NCBI GenBank assembly: GCA_045863395.1
Contig: BTVJ01000002.1
Span: 32,001-96,000, forward strand
Direction of reading: 5' to 3'
Source of the DNA: Myxococcales bacterium
Lineage (GTDB): Bacteria; Myxococcota_A; UBA9042; JABWCM01; BTVJ01
Length of the DNA: 64,000 nt
Shown: positions 1 through 9,559 of the stretch, in pieces
Numbering within the stretch: position 1 is the stretch's first letter
Layout of the letters: every line of letters begins with the position of its first letter
Notes under the pieces: model-generated
Seen by the model: only the letters and a program-made list of their open reading frames with translations
Told to the model about the DNA's origin: nothing
Databases searched by the model: none
Made by a program: the position numbers and the translations under genes

Positions 1-3000
1 GACTGCGACGACGACTTCGCCTGCACGCTCGACGCCTGCGTGGACGGTGCGTGCCTCTACACGGTGGACTCTGCGTGTGGCGGAGACTGCGAGGAGGACG
101 CAGACTGTCTCGGCGATCCCTGCGTCTCCGCGGCGTGCGAGCCCTGCCCCGGCGGTCTCGACTGGTGCCTGGTCGGCGTCTGCCGCGCGCAGCCCGCCGT
201 CGACTGCGACGACGGCGACCCGTGTACCACCGACGGGTGCTCGTCCGGCGTCTGCGTCCACGCGCCTCTCTGCGCCGAGGGTGGACCGTGCGGGACGCCC
301 ACCTGCTCGGGCGGCGTCTGCGGCACGGCCCCGCTCACGGGCACGCCGTGTGACGACGGCTGCCCTTGCACCACCGGAGACTCCTGCCTCGACGGTGCCT
401 GCGTGGCGGGCGCGAACGGCTGCGCGCCGGGTGAGCACCCGGGGTGCCCCGACCCGTGCCTCGCCATGGATGACGGCGACCTGTGCAACGGGACCCTCGT
501 CACCCAGGGGACGGCGTGCGTCGTGGACCCCTCGACCGTCGTCACCTGTGAGCAGGCCGGGCTGGGACCCTGCCAGGAGCGCGTGTGCGTGCCGGCGACG
601 GGGGCCTGCGTCGTCGTGCCCGCGGAGGACGGCGCGCCCTGTGACGACGACCCGTGCGTCGCGGGGAAGGCGTGTGCGGGCGGCGCCTGCGCGGGCGGGA
701 CCAGCGCACCCGGCGGCTGCGACGACGGCGACCCCTGCACCGTCGACACCTGCGCCCAGGGCGGCTGCACCCACATCGGCGTGGTGTGTCCCTCGACCCT
801 CTGTGCCGCGGGGGCTTGCGATCCGGCCCTCGGGTGTACGGCCGTCCCCGTCCCCTGCGACGACGGCAGCGCCTGCACGGCCGACGCCTGCGACCCGCTC
901 GCCGGGTGCACCCACGAGGCGGTGGTCTGCGACGACGGCGACGCCTGCACGTTCGACGGCTGTGACCCCGCGGCCGGCTGCGTCGCCGCGGGCGCGCCCT
1001 GCGACGACGCCAACCCGTGCACCGCGGATGCCTGCGATCCGCTGACCGGGCAGTGCTCCTTCGTCCTCGCCGGCTGCGACGACGGCGACCCGTGTACCGG
1101 TGACTCCTGCGACCCGCTTGCCCTTGGCGACCCTTGCTCCCACGTCCCCGTCCCCTGTGACGACGGCGACGCGTGCACCGCGGACTCCTGCGGTCCGGCC
1201 GGGTGTATCGCAACACCGGTGCCCGGCTGCACCCCATGTACGACCTTCCTCGACTGCGCCAAGGACGCCTGCACCGTCGCCTCGTGCCTGAAGGGAGCAT
1301 GCGCTTTCGCGCCCGTGCCCTGCGACGACGGGAACGCCTGTACGGTCGACGCGTGCGACCCCGAGAGCGGCTGCCTGTACGACGTCGCATCGTGCGACGA
1401 TGGGAAGTCATGCACCGTCGACACGTGCACCCCGGCGGCCGGGTGCTCCCATACCTCGGTTGGCTGCGACGATGGCGACGCCTGCACCGCCGACGGGTGC
1501 TCCGATGCTGGGGGCTGCTCCCATGAGACGCTGTCCTGCGACGACGGCGACCCCTGCACACTGGACGGCTGCGACGTGGCCAGCGGGTGCCTGAACGTGG
1601 GCCTCGCCTGCAATGACTACGACGCCTGCACCGACGACCTGTGCGTGGCCGGGGTCGGCTGCGTGCACACGGTGACCGCGTGCGACGACGGCGACCCGTG
1701 CACGACCGATGCGTGCGCCTCCGGGGCCGGGTGCGTGCACGCCCCGCTCGACTGCGCCGACGCCAGCGAGTGTACCGTCGATGCGTGCTCACCGCTGACC
1801 GGGTGCGTCCACGCGCCCGGAGGGTGTGACGACGGCGATCCGTGCACCGATGATGCGTGCCAGGGAGTGGTCTGCGCCCACGAGGCCCACTGCGACGACG
1901 GCGACCCGTGCAGCGTGGACGCCTGCGACGCGGTCACCGGGGCCTGCACGTCGGTCGCCATCGACTGCGACGACGGGAACCCCTGCACCGTCGACACCTG
2001 CCTCGGGGGGCCGTGCGGGCACGAGCCATTGCCGTGCCACGACCAGGACCCGTGCACCGAGGGCGCCTGCAACGTCGCCACCGGAGCCTGCGCGTTCACG
2101 ACGACGCCCGGGTGTGTGGGCTGCACGGTGGCGGCCTGCTTCGACGGCGACCCCTGCACCATCGACGGGTGCTCGGGCGGCGTCTGCACCTACGCTCCCA
2201 ACCCGTGCGACGACGGGACCGACTGCACCACCGAGACTTGCGTCTCCGGGAAGGGCTGCGCGTTCGTGCCCAAGAGCTGCGATGACGGCGATCCGTGCAC
2301 CGTGGACTCCTGCGCGTCGGCGACGGGGATGTGCGTTCATGCTTCGCAGTGGTGTGGGGACGGCGACCCGTGCACCGTGGACACCTGCGCTGGCGGCGCG
2401 TGCGCCCACACTCCCGTAGAGGGCTGTGGCGGCTGCACCAGCGACGCACAGTGCGCCCCGGAGGACCCATGCACCGAGGGGCGTTGCCAGGGCGGCACGT
2501 GCATCGCGGTGGTGGCCTCGTGCGGCGACGGCGACCCGTGCACGACCGACGCGTGCGTCTCGGATACGGGGCAGTGCCTGCACTTCGCCGTGCCCGGGTG
2601 CGGTGGCTGCGCCTCGCCAGCCGACTGCGACGACGGCGACGCCTGCACCCAGGAGCTCTGCTCTGGAGGTGCCTGCACCCACCAGGAGGTCACATGCGAC
2701 GACGGCTTCGTCTGCACCGTGGAGACCTGCGATCCGGCGACCGGCTGCAAGGCAGCGCTCGCGAGCTGCGACGACGGAGACCCCTGCACCGCGGACCTCT
2801 GCAACGAGGCGACGGGCGCCTGCGTCCACGTCGCGCAGAGCTGCGGAGACGGCAACCCCTGCACCGTCGACGTCTGCGACCCCGCCCTCGGCTGCACGCA
2901 CACCACCAAGCCGGGGTGCAATGCGTGCGTGAGCGACGCCGAGTGCGCCATTGCGTCGCCATGTCTCGACCCCTCCTGCGCCCCCGACGGCGTCTGCCTC

Positions 3001-3342
3001 TTCCCCCAGAGGGGCTGCGACGACGGCGACGAGTGCACCCTGGACCACTGCGTCGCCGCGACGGGCGCGTGCCAGCACATCCCCATCCCGGGCTGCGCCT
3101 TTTGTACCGAGCCCGCCCACTGCGACGACGGCGACCCCTGCACCACGGACGCCTGCCAGGCGGCGGAGTGCATCCACGGCCCGGTGACTTGCGACGACTT
3201 CTACCCGTGCACGGTGGAGACCTGCGACCCGCTGCTCGGCTGCACGGCGGCGCTGGTCGACTGCGAGGACGGCGACCCCTGCACCGCCGACGCCTGCGAC
3301 CCGGCGACGGGCGGCTGTGCACATGCGCCGAGCTGCCCTTGA
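1..3342 (+). CDS. Large Cys/Asp-rich repeat protein (CDDGDPCTxDxC, Dicty_CTDC-like repeats), 5'-truncated by the window
   Basis: Frame 1 is open from base 1 (DCDDDFACTLDAC...) to TGA at 3342, with dozens of CDDG[DN]PCT.D.C units. Confidence 0.85.
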   Translation, partial: DCDDDFACTLDACVDGACLYTVDSACGGDCEEDADCLGDPCVSAACEPCPGGLDWCLVGVCRAQPAVDCDDGDPCTTDGCSSGVCVHAPLCAEGGPCGTPTCSGGVCGTAPLTGTPCDDGCPCTTGDSCLDGACVAGANGCAPGEHPGCPDPCLAMDDGDLCNGTLVTQGTACVVDPSTVVTCEQAGLGPCQERVCVPATGACVVVPAEDGAPCDDDPCVAGKACAGGACAGGTSAPGGCDDGDPCTVDTCAQGGCTHIGVVCPSTLCAAGACDPALGCTAVPVPCDDGSACTADACDPLAGCTHEAVVCDDGDACTFDGCDPAAGCVAAGAPCDDANPCTADACDPLTGQCSFVLAGCDDGDPCTGDSCDPLALGDPCSHVPVPCDDGDACTADSCGPAGCIATPVPGCTPCTTFLDCAKDACTVASCLKGACAFAPVPCDDGNACTVDACDPESGCLYDVASCDDGKSCTVDTCTPAAGCSHTSVGCDDGDACTADGCSDAGGCSHETLSCDDGDPCTLDGCDVASGCLNVGLACNDYDACTDDLCVAGVGCVHTVTACDDGDPCTTDACASGAGCVHAPLDCADASECTVDACSPLTGCVHAPGGCDDGDPCTDDACQGVVCAHEAHCDDGDPCSVDACDAVTGACTSVAIDCDDGNPCTVDTCLGGPCGHEPLPCHDQDPCTEGACNVATGACAFTTTPGCVGCTVAACFDGDPCTIDGCSGGVCTYAPNPCDDGTDCTTETCVSGKGCAFVPKSCDDGDPCTVDSCASATGMCVHASQWCGDGDPCTVDTCAGGACAHTPVEGCGGCTSDAQCAPEDPCTEGRCQGGTCIAVVASCGDGDPCTTDACVSDTGQCLHFAVPGCGGCASPADCDDGDACTQELCSGGACTHQEVTCDDGFVCTVETCDPATGCKAALASCDDGDPCTADLCNEATGACVHVAQSCGDGNPCTVDVCDPALGCTHTTKPGCNACVSDAECAIASPCLDPSCAPDGVCLFPQRGCDDGDECTLDHCVAATGACQHIPIPGCAFCTEPAHCDDGDPCTTDACQAAECIHGPVTCDDFYPCTVETCDPLLGCTAALVDCEDGDPCTADACDPATGGCAHAPSCP

Positions 3343-3451
3343 GACCTGTGCGCAGCGAAGGACCACGGGCGACGCGCCGTTCCGCCAGGATCGGTTGTCA
3401 GCAGCCGGCGCCCGTGTCTACGATCCGGCCGCACCCACCACTGGAGGTCCC

Positions 3452-3841
3452 ATGGCATCGAGCTCGCCCCCCGAGGGCTATCACACCGTCACCACGTACC
3501 TGCTCGTCTCCGACGCCGCGCGGCTCCTGGACTTCGCGCGCGAAGGACTCGGCGCCCGGGAGCTGAGCCGCCATGTCGACGACGATGGCCGAGTCCGCCA
3601 CGCGGAGATCCAGATCGGGGACACCATCGTCATGCTGGGTCAGGCCGAGGGAGAGTTCCCACCCATGCCCTCGATGCTCTACCACTACGTGGCCGACGCG
3701 GACGCCTCCTACGAGCGGGCCCTTGCGGCGGGAGCCACGAGCGTCAGACCGCCGGCGGACCAGCACTACGGCGACCGCAGCGGCGGCGTGATCGACCCGG
3801 TCGGCAACCAGTGGTGGTTCGCGACGCCCCGGGAGCGGTGA
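3452..3841 (+). CDS. VOC/glyoxalase (PhnB-like) family protein
   Basis: GGAGG at 3443-3447 precedes ATG 3452. Motifs PEGYHTVTTYL, HAEIQIGD and YGDRSGGVIDPVGNQWW. Confidence 0.9.
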   Translation: MASSSPPEGYHTVTTYLLVSDAARLLDFAREGLGARELSRHVDDDGRVRHAEIQIGDTIVMLGQAEGEFPPMPSMLYHYVADADASYERALAAGATSVRPPADQHYGDRSGGVIDPVGNQWWFATPRER

Positions 3842-3950
3842 GTCGCCCGCACCGCCACGCCAGGGGTGGTCTGCGGCACCGGGTCACGGGCCAGGTCCCC
3901 GGCCGTCCGAGGAGCGTCAGGCGCGGGGGCACGCGCGGGCTCCGGTCACC

Positions 3951-4376
3951 TCACTGGGTCGCGGTGGGCGCCTCCCCGGCGCCGAGGGCCGCGACCATCT
4001 GGTCACGGGTCCACTCGCCCTGCAGCATGGTCACGAGGGCGCCGTCCGGGCCCACCAGGTAGGCGGCGGGGAGGGCCATGAAGGGCTTGGTCTTGCGCCA
4101 CGGCTCGACGGCGTCGGCCTGGGTGTCCATGTGCAGGCGCTCGATGGGCAGCGCCCGTCCGCCCAGGGCGTCCGTCAGGGCGGCCCAGCCCGCGTCGATG
4201 CGGTCCTGAGTGCACTGGCAGGCGACCTCCTTGTCGACGAAGACGATCCTGGCGACCGTGGCCTCCTGGGATGCCGCTGCGGTCGCCGTCGCGAGGGGCG
4301 CGCCGGGAGTCCCCGGTGCTCCAGGAGACCCGCAGGCGACGAGAGCGAGGGTGAGGGTCATGGCGATCCGGTGCAT
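3951..4376 (-). CDS. Putative thioredoxin-fold lipoprotein (CxC motif)
   Basis: Lipobox LVAC, VFVDKEVACQCT, and a cis-Pro-like ALPAAYLVGPDG segment. GGAGG-like RBS; last gene of the ArsR operon. Confidence 0.65.
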   Translation of the reverse strand: MHRIAMTLTLALVACGSPGAPGTPGAPLATATAAASQEATVARIVFVDKEVACQCTQDRIDAGWAALTDALGGRALPIERLHMDTQADAVEPWRKTKPFMALPAAYLVGPDGALVTMLQGEWTRDQMVAALGAGEAPTATQ

Positions 4377-4389
4377 GTGACTCCTCCGT

Positions 4390-5097
4390 TCAGGCGGTCA
4401 TGAGAGTGTTGGCGGCGAACCAGACTCCGACGAGGACCACGACGAGCCCTGCGGCCCGTCGCATCCAGGCGGTGGCCTGGGTCAAGCGGCGCGACTCGAT
4501 CAGCGTGCGCGCCGCGCCCATGGAGGTGCCGGCCACGATGATGAGGACGCTGTGGCCGAGCCCGTAGAGCAGCAGCAGGAGCGCCCCGTAGGGGACGGAC
4601 GACCCGGAGGTCGCCAGGTAGGTCAGCAGGACCAGCAGGAGCGGTGCTGCGCAGGGCGCCGACACCACGCCGAAGAGCAGCCCGAGGAGGAGGGCCCCCA
4701 CGGCGCCCCGGGTGCGGGGCGTGATGTTGACGGGCGTGGGGATGGTGAAGGGCAGCAGGTCCATCATGTGGAGCCCCATGACGAGGCACACCGCCACGAC
4801 GAGCCAGGTCCAGCCCGGGCCGACCTCCCCGTAGAGGCTGCCGGCCAGCGCCGCCCCGACGCCCAGGATCGTGAAGGTGATCGACAGGCCGAGGACGAAG
4901 ATCAGCGAGTAGCCGAAGGCCCGGAGGGGGGTGGGCCGCTCCTTGCGCCCGGCCACGAAGCTCATGGTCAGGGGGATCATCGCCAGGACGCAGGGGTTCG
5001 TGGCGGTGAGGACGCCGCCCCCAAAGACCGCCACGCCAGCCAGCCAGGGGCTCGTGTGGACGAGCTGCTCTACGTTGGCCAGGAGTCCCTCGAGCAT
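4390..5097 (-). CDS. CcdA/DsbD-type transmembrane electron transporter
   Basis: Paired TM cysteines (NPCVLAMIP, SAPCAAP) in a protein with about 6 hydrophobic helices. Confidence 0.85.
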   Translation of the reverse strand: MLEGLLANVEQLVHTSPWLAGVAVFGGGVLTATNPCVLAMIPLTMSFVAGRKERPTPLRAFGYSLIFVLGLSITFTILGVGAALAGSLYGEVGPGWTWLVVAVCLVMGLHMMDLLPFTIPTPVNITPRTRGAVGALLLGLLFGVVSAPCAAPLLLVLLTYLATSGSSVPYGALLLLLYGLGHSVLIIVAGTSMGAARTLIESRRLTQATAWMRRAAGLVVVLVGVWFAANTLMTA

Positions 5098-5100
5098 CGG

Positions 5101-5340
5101 TCACCTCGCCTGCGGGTCCTGAAGCCACGCCCGGATCTCGTCCACCTTCGGCAGGCGGCCGGCGCTCTTCACCTCGCCATCTACCACCAGGGCGGGCGTC
5201 ATGGCGACGCCATGAGCGAGGATGTCGTCGAGGCGCTCGACCTTTGTCACCGTTGCGTCGAGCCCCGCCGCCGCCTCCGTGGCCAGGGCCTCCAGCTTCT
5301 TGCACTTTGCGCAGCCAGTTCCCAACACCTTGATCTCCAT
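5101..5340 (-). CDS. Small redox-active disulfide protein (MTH895/ArsE-like thioredoxin)
   Basis: MEIKVLGTGCAKC...GVAMTPALVVDGEVKSAG; AGGAGG RBS upstream of ATG 5340. Confidence 0.9.
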   Translation of the reverse strand: MEIKVLGTGCAKCKKLEALATEAAAGLDATVTKVERLDDILAHGVAMTPALVVDGEVKSAGRLPKVDEIRAWLQDPQAR

Positions 5341-5360
5341 GATGAACCTCCTTGGGTGGG

Positions 5361-6524
5361 TCACCTCAGGGCCCCGTAGGCCATGCCGGCGACGGTGGAC
5401 AGAACGACGACCAGACCGACGAACGCGGCGGTGCGCCGCGTGCCGAGGACGCCGTGGATCACGAGCATGCTGGGGAGCGACAGCGCCGGCCCCGCCAGCA
5501 GCAGGGCGAGGGCCGGGCCGTCTCCCATGCCGGCCTGCTGGAGGCCGGCCACGATGGGTATCTCCGTCAGCGTGGCGAAGTACATGAGCGACCCGGCGAC
5601 GGCGGCAAAGAAGGTCGGGGCGAGGCCCTCGCCACCGACGGTGGCTTCGACGAAGCGCCGGGGGATGAGCCCCTCCCCGCCGCTCGGGCCGCCGAGCAGG
5701 AGGCCCGCCACCAGCACGCCGCCGAGCAGCAGCGGCAGGATCTGCTTGGCGAAGTCCCACGTCGCGTCCATCCAGTCACGAAGCTCCTCCCGGTTGAACC
5801 ACCGCACCACCGCGACGACCAGCGGTACGGCGAACAAAGCGACGAGCAGCCAGCGCGCCGAGTGGACGGCGCTCGCCAGGCCGTCGGCGCCCTGGGGGGC
5901 GGCCCAGTTGGCGAAGACCAGCACCCCCACCATGGACGCAAAGGTGGTGCTGGTCTGCCACAGGGGCCGCGCAGGTGCCTCGGCGGGCGTGGCGAAGCCC
6001 TCGGCCCGCTCCGCCTCGGAGCGGCGGAACAGGGCGTGCATGAGCAGGCCCACCACCACGGAGAACACGACGGCCGCGACGGCCCGGGCCACGCCCAGCT
6101 CGAAGCCGATGACCTGCGCGGTCAGGATGATCGCCATGACGTTGATGGCGGGACCCGCGTAGAGGAAGGCCGTGGCGGGGCCGAGGCCCGCGCCCCGCTT
6201 GTGGATGCCGGCGAAGAGGGGGAGCACCGTGCAGGAGCAGACGGCGAGCACGGTGCCGGATACGGCGGCCACGGCGTAGGACACCACCGGCCGCGCGGAC
6301 GCCCCAAGGTAGCGCATGACTGCGCCCTGGCTGATGAACACCGAGATGGCCCCCGCGATGAAGAAGGCGGGGACGAGGCACAGGATCACGTGCTCCCGGG
6401 CGTACCAGCGGGTCAGAGCGAGGCTCTCGGCGATGGCACCCAGGAGGCGAGGGCTTTCGGCCGGCAGGAACCAGAGGCCGGCGAAGACCGCGAGGATCGT
6501 CAGCAGCTTGGCTCGTTCGCTCAT
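5361..6524 (-). CDS. ArsP/DUF318-family permease
   Basis: HVILCLVPAFFIAGAI, VCSCTVLPLF, FLYAGPAIN, MYFATLTE and LLAGPALSLP motifs; multi-TM. Start taken at ATG 6524. Confidence 0.88.
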   Translation of the reverse strand: MSERAKLLTILAVFAGLWFLPAESPRLLGAIAESLALTRWYAREHVILCLVPAFFIAGAISVFISQGAVMRYLGASARPVVSYAVAAVSGTVLAVCSCTVLPLFAGIHKRGAGLGPATAFLYAGPAINVMAIILTAQVIGFELGVARAVAAVVFSVVVGLLMHALFRRSEAERAEGFATPAEAPARPLWQTSTTFASMVGVLVFANWAAPQGADGLASAVHSARWLLVALFAVPLVVAVVRWFNREELRDWMDATWDFAKQILPLLLGGVLVAGLLLGGPSGGEGLIPRRFVEATVGGEGLAPTFFAAVAGSLMYFATLTEIPIVAGLQQAGMGDGPALALLLAGPALSLPSMLVIHGVLGTRRTAAFVGLVVVLSTVAGMAYGALR

Positions 6525-6604
6525 CGCCCTGGTCCCCTCTGTGCTCGGCGGCCTGGCCGAACAGGGCAGCTCGGGTCGAGATGGGGGGCCACTGACGGGC
6601 TCCC

Positions 6605-6901
6605 CTACGTCGTTGCGCGCTGCTTCATGACGTCCGCTGCGCAGGTGAGGAAGTTCAGGACGCATGGGGTGAGCAGGCGGTAGTACACCGTCGTCCCGAC
6701 CCGTGTGTCCTCCACGATGCCGTGGCTCCGAAGCAGCGCCAGGTGCTTGCTGACGGTCGACAGGTCCAGGCCGACCAGCTCGGCGAGCTGCCCGACGGAG
6801 CACTCCCCCTCGCTGAGCCGGTCGACCATCATCAGGCGCGCCTCGTTGGCCAGCGCCTTGAGCACCCGGGTCTGCTCCTTGTACGTGCTGCGGCACTTCA
6901 T
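6605..6901 (-). CDS. ArsR/SmtB family transcriptional regulator
   Basis: KALANEARL...ECSVGQL...STVSKHLALL...VYYRL; GGAGG precedes ATG 6901. Confidence 0.92.
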   Translation of the reverse strand: MKCRSTYKEQTRVLKALANEARLMMVDRLSEGECSVGQLAELVGLDLSTVSKHLALLRSHGIVEDTRVGTTVYYRLLTPCVLNFLTCAADVMKQRATT

Positions 6902-6925
6902 GGCCACCTCCACGGTTGAACCTAC

Positions 6926-6945
6926 GCCTGCTTGGCCAAACAGGC
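6926..6945. promoter_or_regulatory. Near-perfect 20-bp palindrome, probable ArsR operator
   Basis: GCCTGCTTGGCCAAACAGGC has one mismatched pair and lies about 25 bp upstream of the arsR start. Confidence 0.6.
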
Positions 6946-7061
6946 AAGTAAGCGCTCGCCGTGGTGGTTACGGCCAGCGCCGCCGTGTCTGCGGGCCGGC
7001 TCTGGGGGGCAGGGGCGGGCGAGGGCGTGCAGGGGCTGTGGCCGATCCTCGGTGGAGGTCG

Positions 7062-8894
7062 CTAGAACACGACGTCCATGGCAGACGTGTCGTCGCCGAG
7101 GAGCTCGTCCGCCTTGCTGGGGGCGTGGATCAGGACGTGCTCCGCGAAGAAGCGGGCGGCCGCGACCTTGCCCCAGAGGAAGCGGGCCTCGTCGTCCTCC
7201 TCCGCGAGGGCGCGGAGGGACTCGGGGGTCGTGTCGAGGCCCTTCCCAGAAGCGAGGCCGTTCAGCGACGCCGTCGCGATGGCCGCCGCCTGCCCCAGGA
7301 GGACGCCGACCGTCGCCTGGCCCAGCAGCTCCAGGAAGCCGGTTGCGTTGAGCACCGGGCGCAGCGGCGACCCGGACGCGAAGCCCTGGACGACCCGCCC
7401 GGCCGCGGACAGGGCCGTGGTGACCCGAGCGGCGACGCCATCGAGGCCCGGTCCCGTCACGCTCTCTGCCATCGTGCACAGCTCGGCGAAGAGCGCCCGG
7501 GCGTCCGCGCCGCCCCGCTGCCCGAGCTTGCGCCCGACGAGGTCGAGGGCCTGGATGCCGTTGGTCCCTTCGTAGATGCGGCTGATGCGCACGTCGCGGA
7601 CGAGCTGCTCCGCCGGGTACTCCTGGGTGTAGCCGTAGCCGCCGAAGCACTGGAGCGCCATGTCGGCCATCTGGGAGCCCGTGTCCGAGCCGTAGGCCTT
7701 GATGACCGGGGTCAGCACCTCCAGCATGCCGTGCCACCGCTGGGCCTCGGCCTCGTTGCCCTCGGCGGCGGCGACCTCCTCCCGGTCGATGCAGAGCGCC
7801 GTGAAGAGCCCCAAGGCCCGGATGCCCTCCCCGTGGGCCTTCTGCCACAGGAGCATCCGCCGCACGTCCGGGTGCTCGATGATAGCCACCCGGCCCGGCT
7901 TGCGCCGTGTGACGTCGCCCCCCTGAACCCGGTCGCGCGCGTAGGTCAGGGCGTGCTGGTAGGCGGCGTTGCCGAGGGCGACGCCCTCGATGCCCACGGA
8001 CATGCGCGCCTCGTTCATCATCTGGAACATCTGGCGCATGCCGTCCCCCTCGCGGCCCAGAAGAAAGCCGCGGCAGGGGCCGCTCAGGCCGTAGCCCATC
8101 ACGCAGGTCGGGGAGCCGTGGATGCCCATCTTCTCTTCGATGCGCAACACCTGGACGTGGTTGGGCGCGCCCAGGCTCCCGTCGTCGTTCACCAGGAGCT
8201 TCGGCACCACGAAGAGGCTCAGGCCCTTGGTGCCGGGCGGGGCGTCCGGGGTACGGGCGAGCACCGCGTGGATCACGTTCGTCGCCATGTCGTGGTCGCC
8301 GCTGGTGATGAAGATCTTCTCGCCCTCGATGAGGTAGTGGTCCCCCTCGCGGCGGGCCGTGGTGCGCGAGGCGCCCACGTCGGAGCCGGCGCCGGCCTCC
8401 GTCAGGCACATGGTGCCGGTCCACTCGCCGGACATCATGCGGTCGACGTAGGTGGTCTTGAGGGCCTCGGTGCCGAAGGAGACGATGAGCCGCGCCGCGC
8501 CGCTGGTCAGGAGCCGCGTCAGGGCGAAGGAGAGGCACCCGTTCTCGAAGAGCTCTGCGGTTGCGACGCCCAGCGCCTGCGGGGCCCCCTGGCCGCCGTG
8601 CTCCGGGCTCGACGTGAAGCCGACCCACCCGTTCTCGGCGAAGGTGCGCCACGCCGCCGGGAAGCCTGGCGGGGAGGTCACCTTGCCGTCCTTGAAGGTC
8701 GCGCCGACCCGGTCGGAGGTCTCGTTGAGGGGCGCCAGGACGTCCCGCGAGAAGCGGAGCGCCTCGTCGAGCATCATGTCGACCGTCTCCCGGTCGAAAT
8801 CGGCGTAGGGCCCGCGGCCCAGCAGATCCTGGAAGCGCAGGTGCTCGAACAAGGTGAACCTGAGGTCCCGCAGGTCGACTCGAAGCTCCGCCAT
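7062..8894 (-). CDS. Acyl-CoA dehydrogenase (long, ~600-aa type)
   Basis: GTMCLTEAGAGSD, GEKIFITSG, EEKMGIHGSPT, FGGYGY and IYEGTNGIQ motifs; GAGGAGG RBS before ATG 8894. Confidence 0.93.
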   Translation of the reverse strand: MAELRVDLRDLRFTLFEHLRFQDLLGRGPYADFDRETVDMMLDEALRFSRDVLAPLNETSDRVGATFKDGKVTSPPGFPAAWRTFAENGWVGFTSSPEHGGQGAPQALGVATAELFENGCLSFALTRLLTSGAARLIVSFGTEALKTTYVDRMMSGEWTGTMCLTEAGAGSDVGASRTTARREGDHYLIEGEKIFITSGDHDMATNVIHAVLARTPDAPPGTKGLSLFVVPKLLVNDDGSLGAPNHVQVLRIEEKMGIHGSPTCVMGYGLSGPCRGFLLGREGDGMRQMFQMMNEARMSVGIEGVALGNAAYQHALTYARDRVQGGDVTRRKPGRVAIIEHPDVRRMLLWQKAHGEGIRALGLFTALCIDREEVAAAEGNEAEAQRWHGMLEVLTPVIKAYGSDTGSQMADMALQCFGGYGYTQEYPAEQLVRDVRISRIYEGTNGIQALDLVGRKLGQRGGADARALFAELCTMAESVTGPGLDGVAARVTTALSAAGRVVQGFASGSPLRPVLNATGFLELLGQATVGVLLGQAAAIATASLNGLASGKGLDTTPESLRALAEEDDEARFLWGKVAAARFFAEHVLIHAPSKADELLGDDTSAMDVVF

Positions 8895-9018
8895 GGTGTC
8901 CTCCTCGCGTGTGGCCGTGGCTGCCGTCGCATACCGCATTTCGCGCCGCGAGGCCAGCCGAAGTTGCCCTCCGGGGGACGGTGGGACGTGCGGAGGCCGT
9001 GGGGCGCGAGGGGGGGCG

Positions 9019-9528
9019 TCAGTAGTGGACCTTGGCGTCGTGGGCCGCCCACAGGTCGAAGACGGCGGTGGCGTCGGCGGACGGGAGGTGAGTGGACTTG
9101 AGCTGGCGCTCCGACGGCGGGAGGGGGATCTCCTCGTAGAGCAGCGCGTCGTCGAAGCCGATGCGCGCCGCGTCGAGGCGGCTGTTGGCGTAGACGAGGC
9201 GCCCGATGCGCGCCCAGTAGATGGCCGCGAGGCACATGGGGCAGGGCTCGCAGCTCGAGTAGATGGTGGCGCCGGTCAGCGAGAAGCGGTTGAGGCCCTG
9301 GCAGGCGGTGCGGATGGCCACCACCTCCGCGTGGGCGGTGGGGTCGTGGGTGGTGGTCACCTGGTTCCACCCCTCGCCCACCACCTGGCCGCCGAGGACG
9401 ATGACGGCTCCGAAGGGGCCGCCGTGGCCGGCCAGCATGTGCTCGCGGCTCAGCTCCACGGCGCGGGCGAGGTGGAGGAGGTCGGCGCTCGTGGGCGACG
9501 TCTCGGCTGGGGTCGTTGGCTGCGTCAT
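9019..9528 (-). CDS. guaD: Guanine deaminase (CDA-fold, GuaD type)
   Basis: GGPFGAVIV, HAE, SCEPCPMC, AIYWARI and GFDD motifs. Start is 9528 or 9537. Confidence 0.85.
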   Translation of the reverse strand: MTQPTTPAETSPTSADLLHLARAVELSREHMLAGHGGPFGAVIVLGGQVVGEGWNQVTTTHDPTAHAEVVAIRTACQGLNRFSLTGATIYSSCEPCPMCLAAIYWARIGRLVYANSRLDAARIGFDDALLYEEIPLPPSERQLKSTHLPSADATAVFDLWAAHDAKVHY

Positions 9529-9559
9529 GCGGGCCATTGTACCTGCGCGAAGGAAAAGC

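Noticed and set aside
1..3342. Recurring TGCGACGACGGCGACCC units as a possible CRISPR array or DGR repeat
   Set aside because: The units are in-frame codons of a protein repeat with synonymous variation; there are no cas or reverse-transcriptase genes in the window.
3951..6524. Selenocysteine recoding in the thiol-redox operon
   Set aside because: All redox motifs (CSC, CAKC, CQC) are encoded by Cys codons, and there is no in-frame TGA at a motif position.
5361..6947. 528-aa ORF spanning arsR and the permease
   Set aside because: The N-terminal extension is an off-frame reading of arsR; permease-like sequence begins at ATG 6524.
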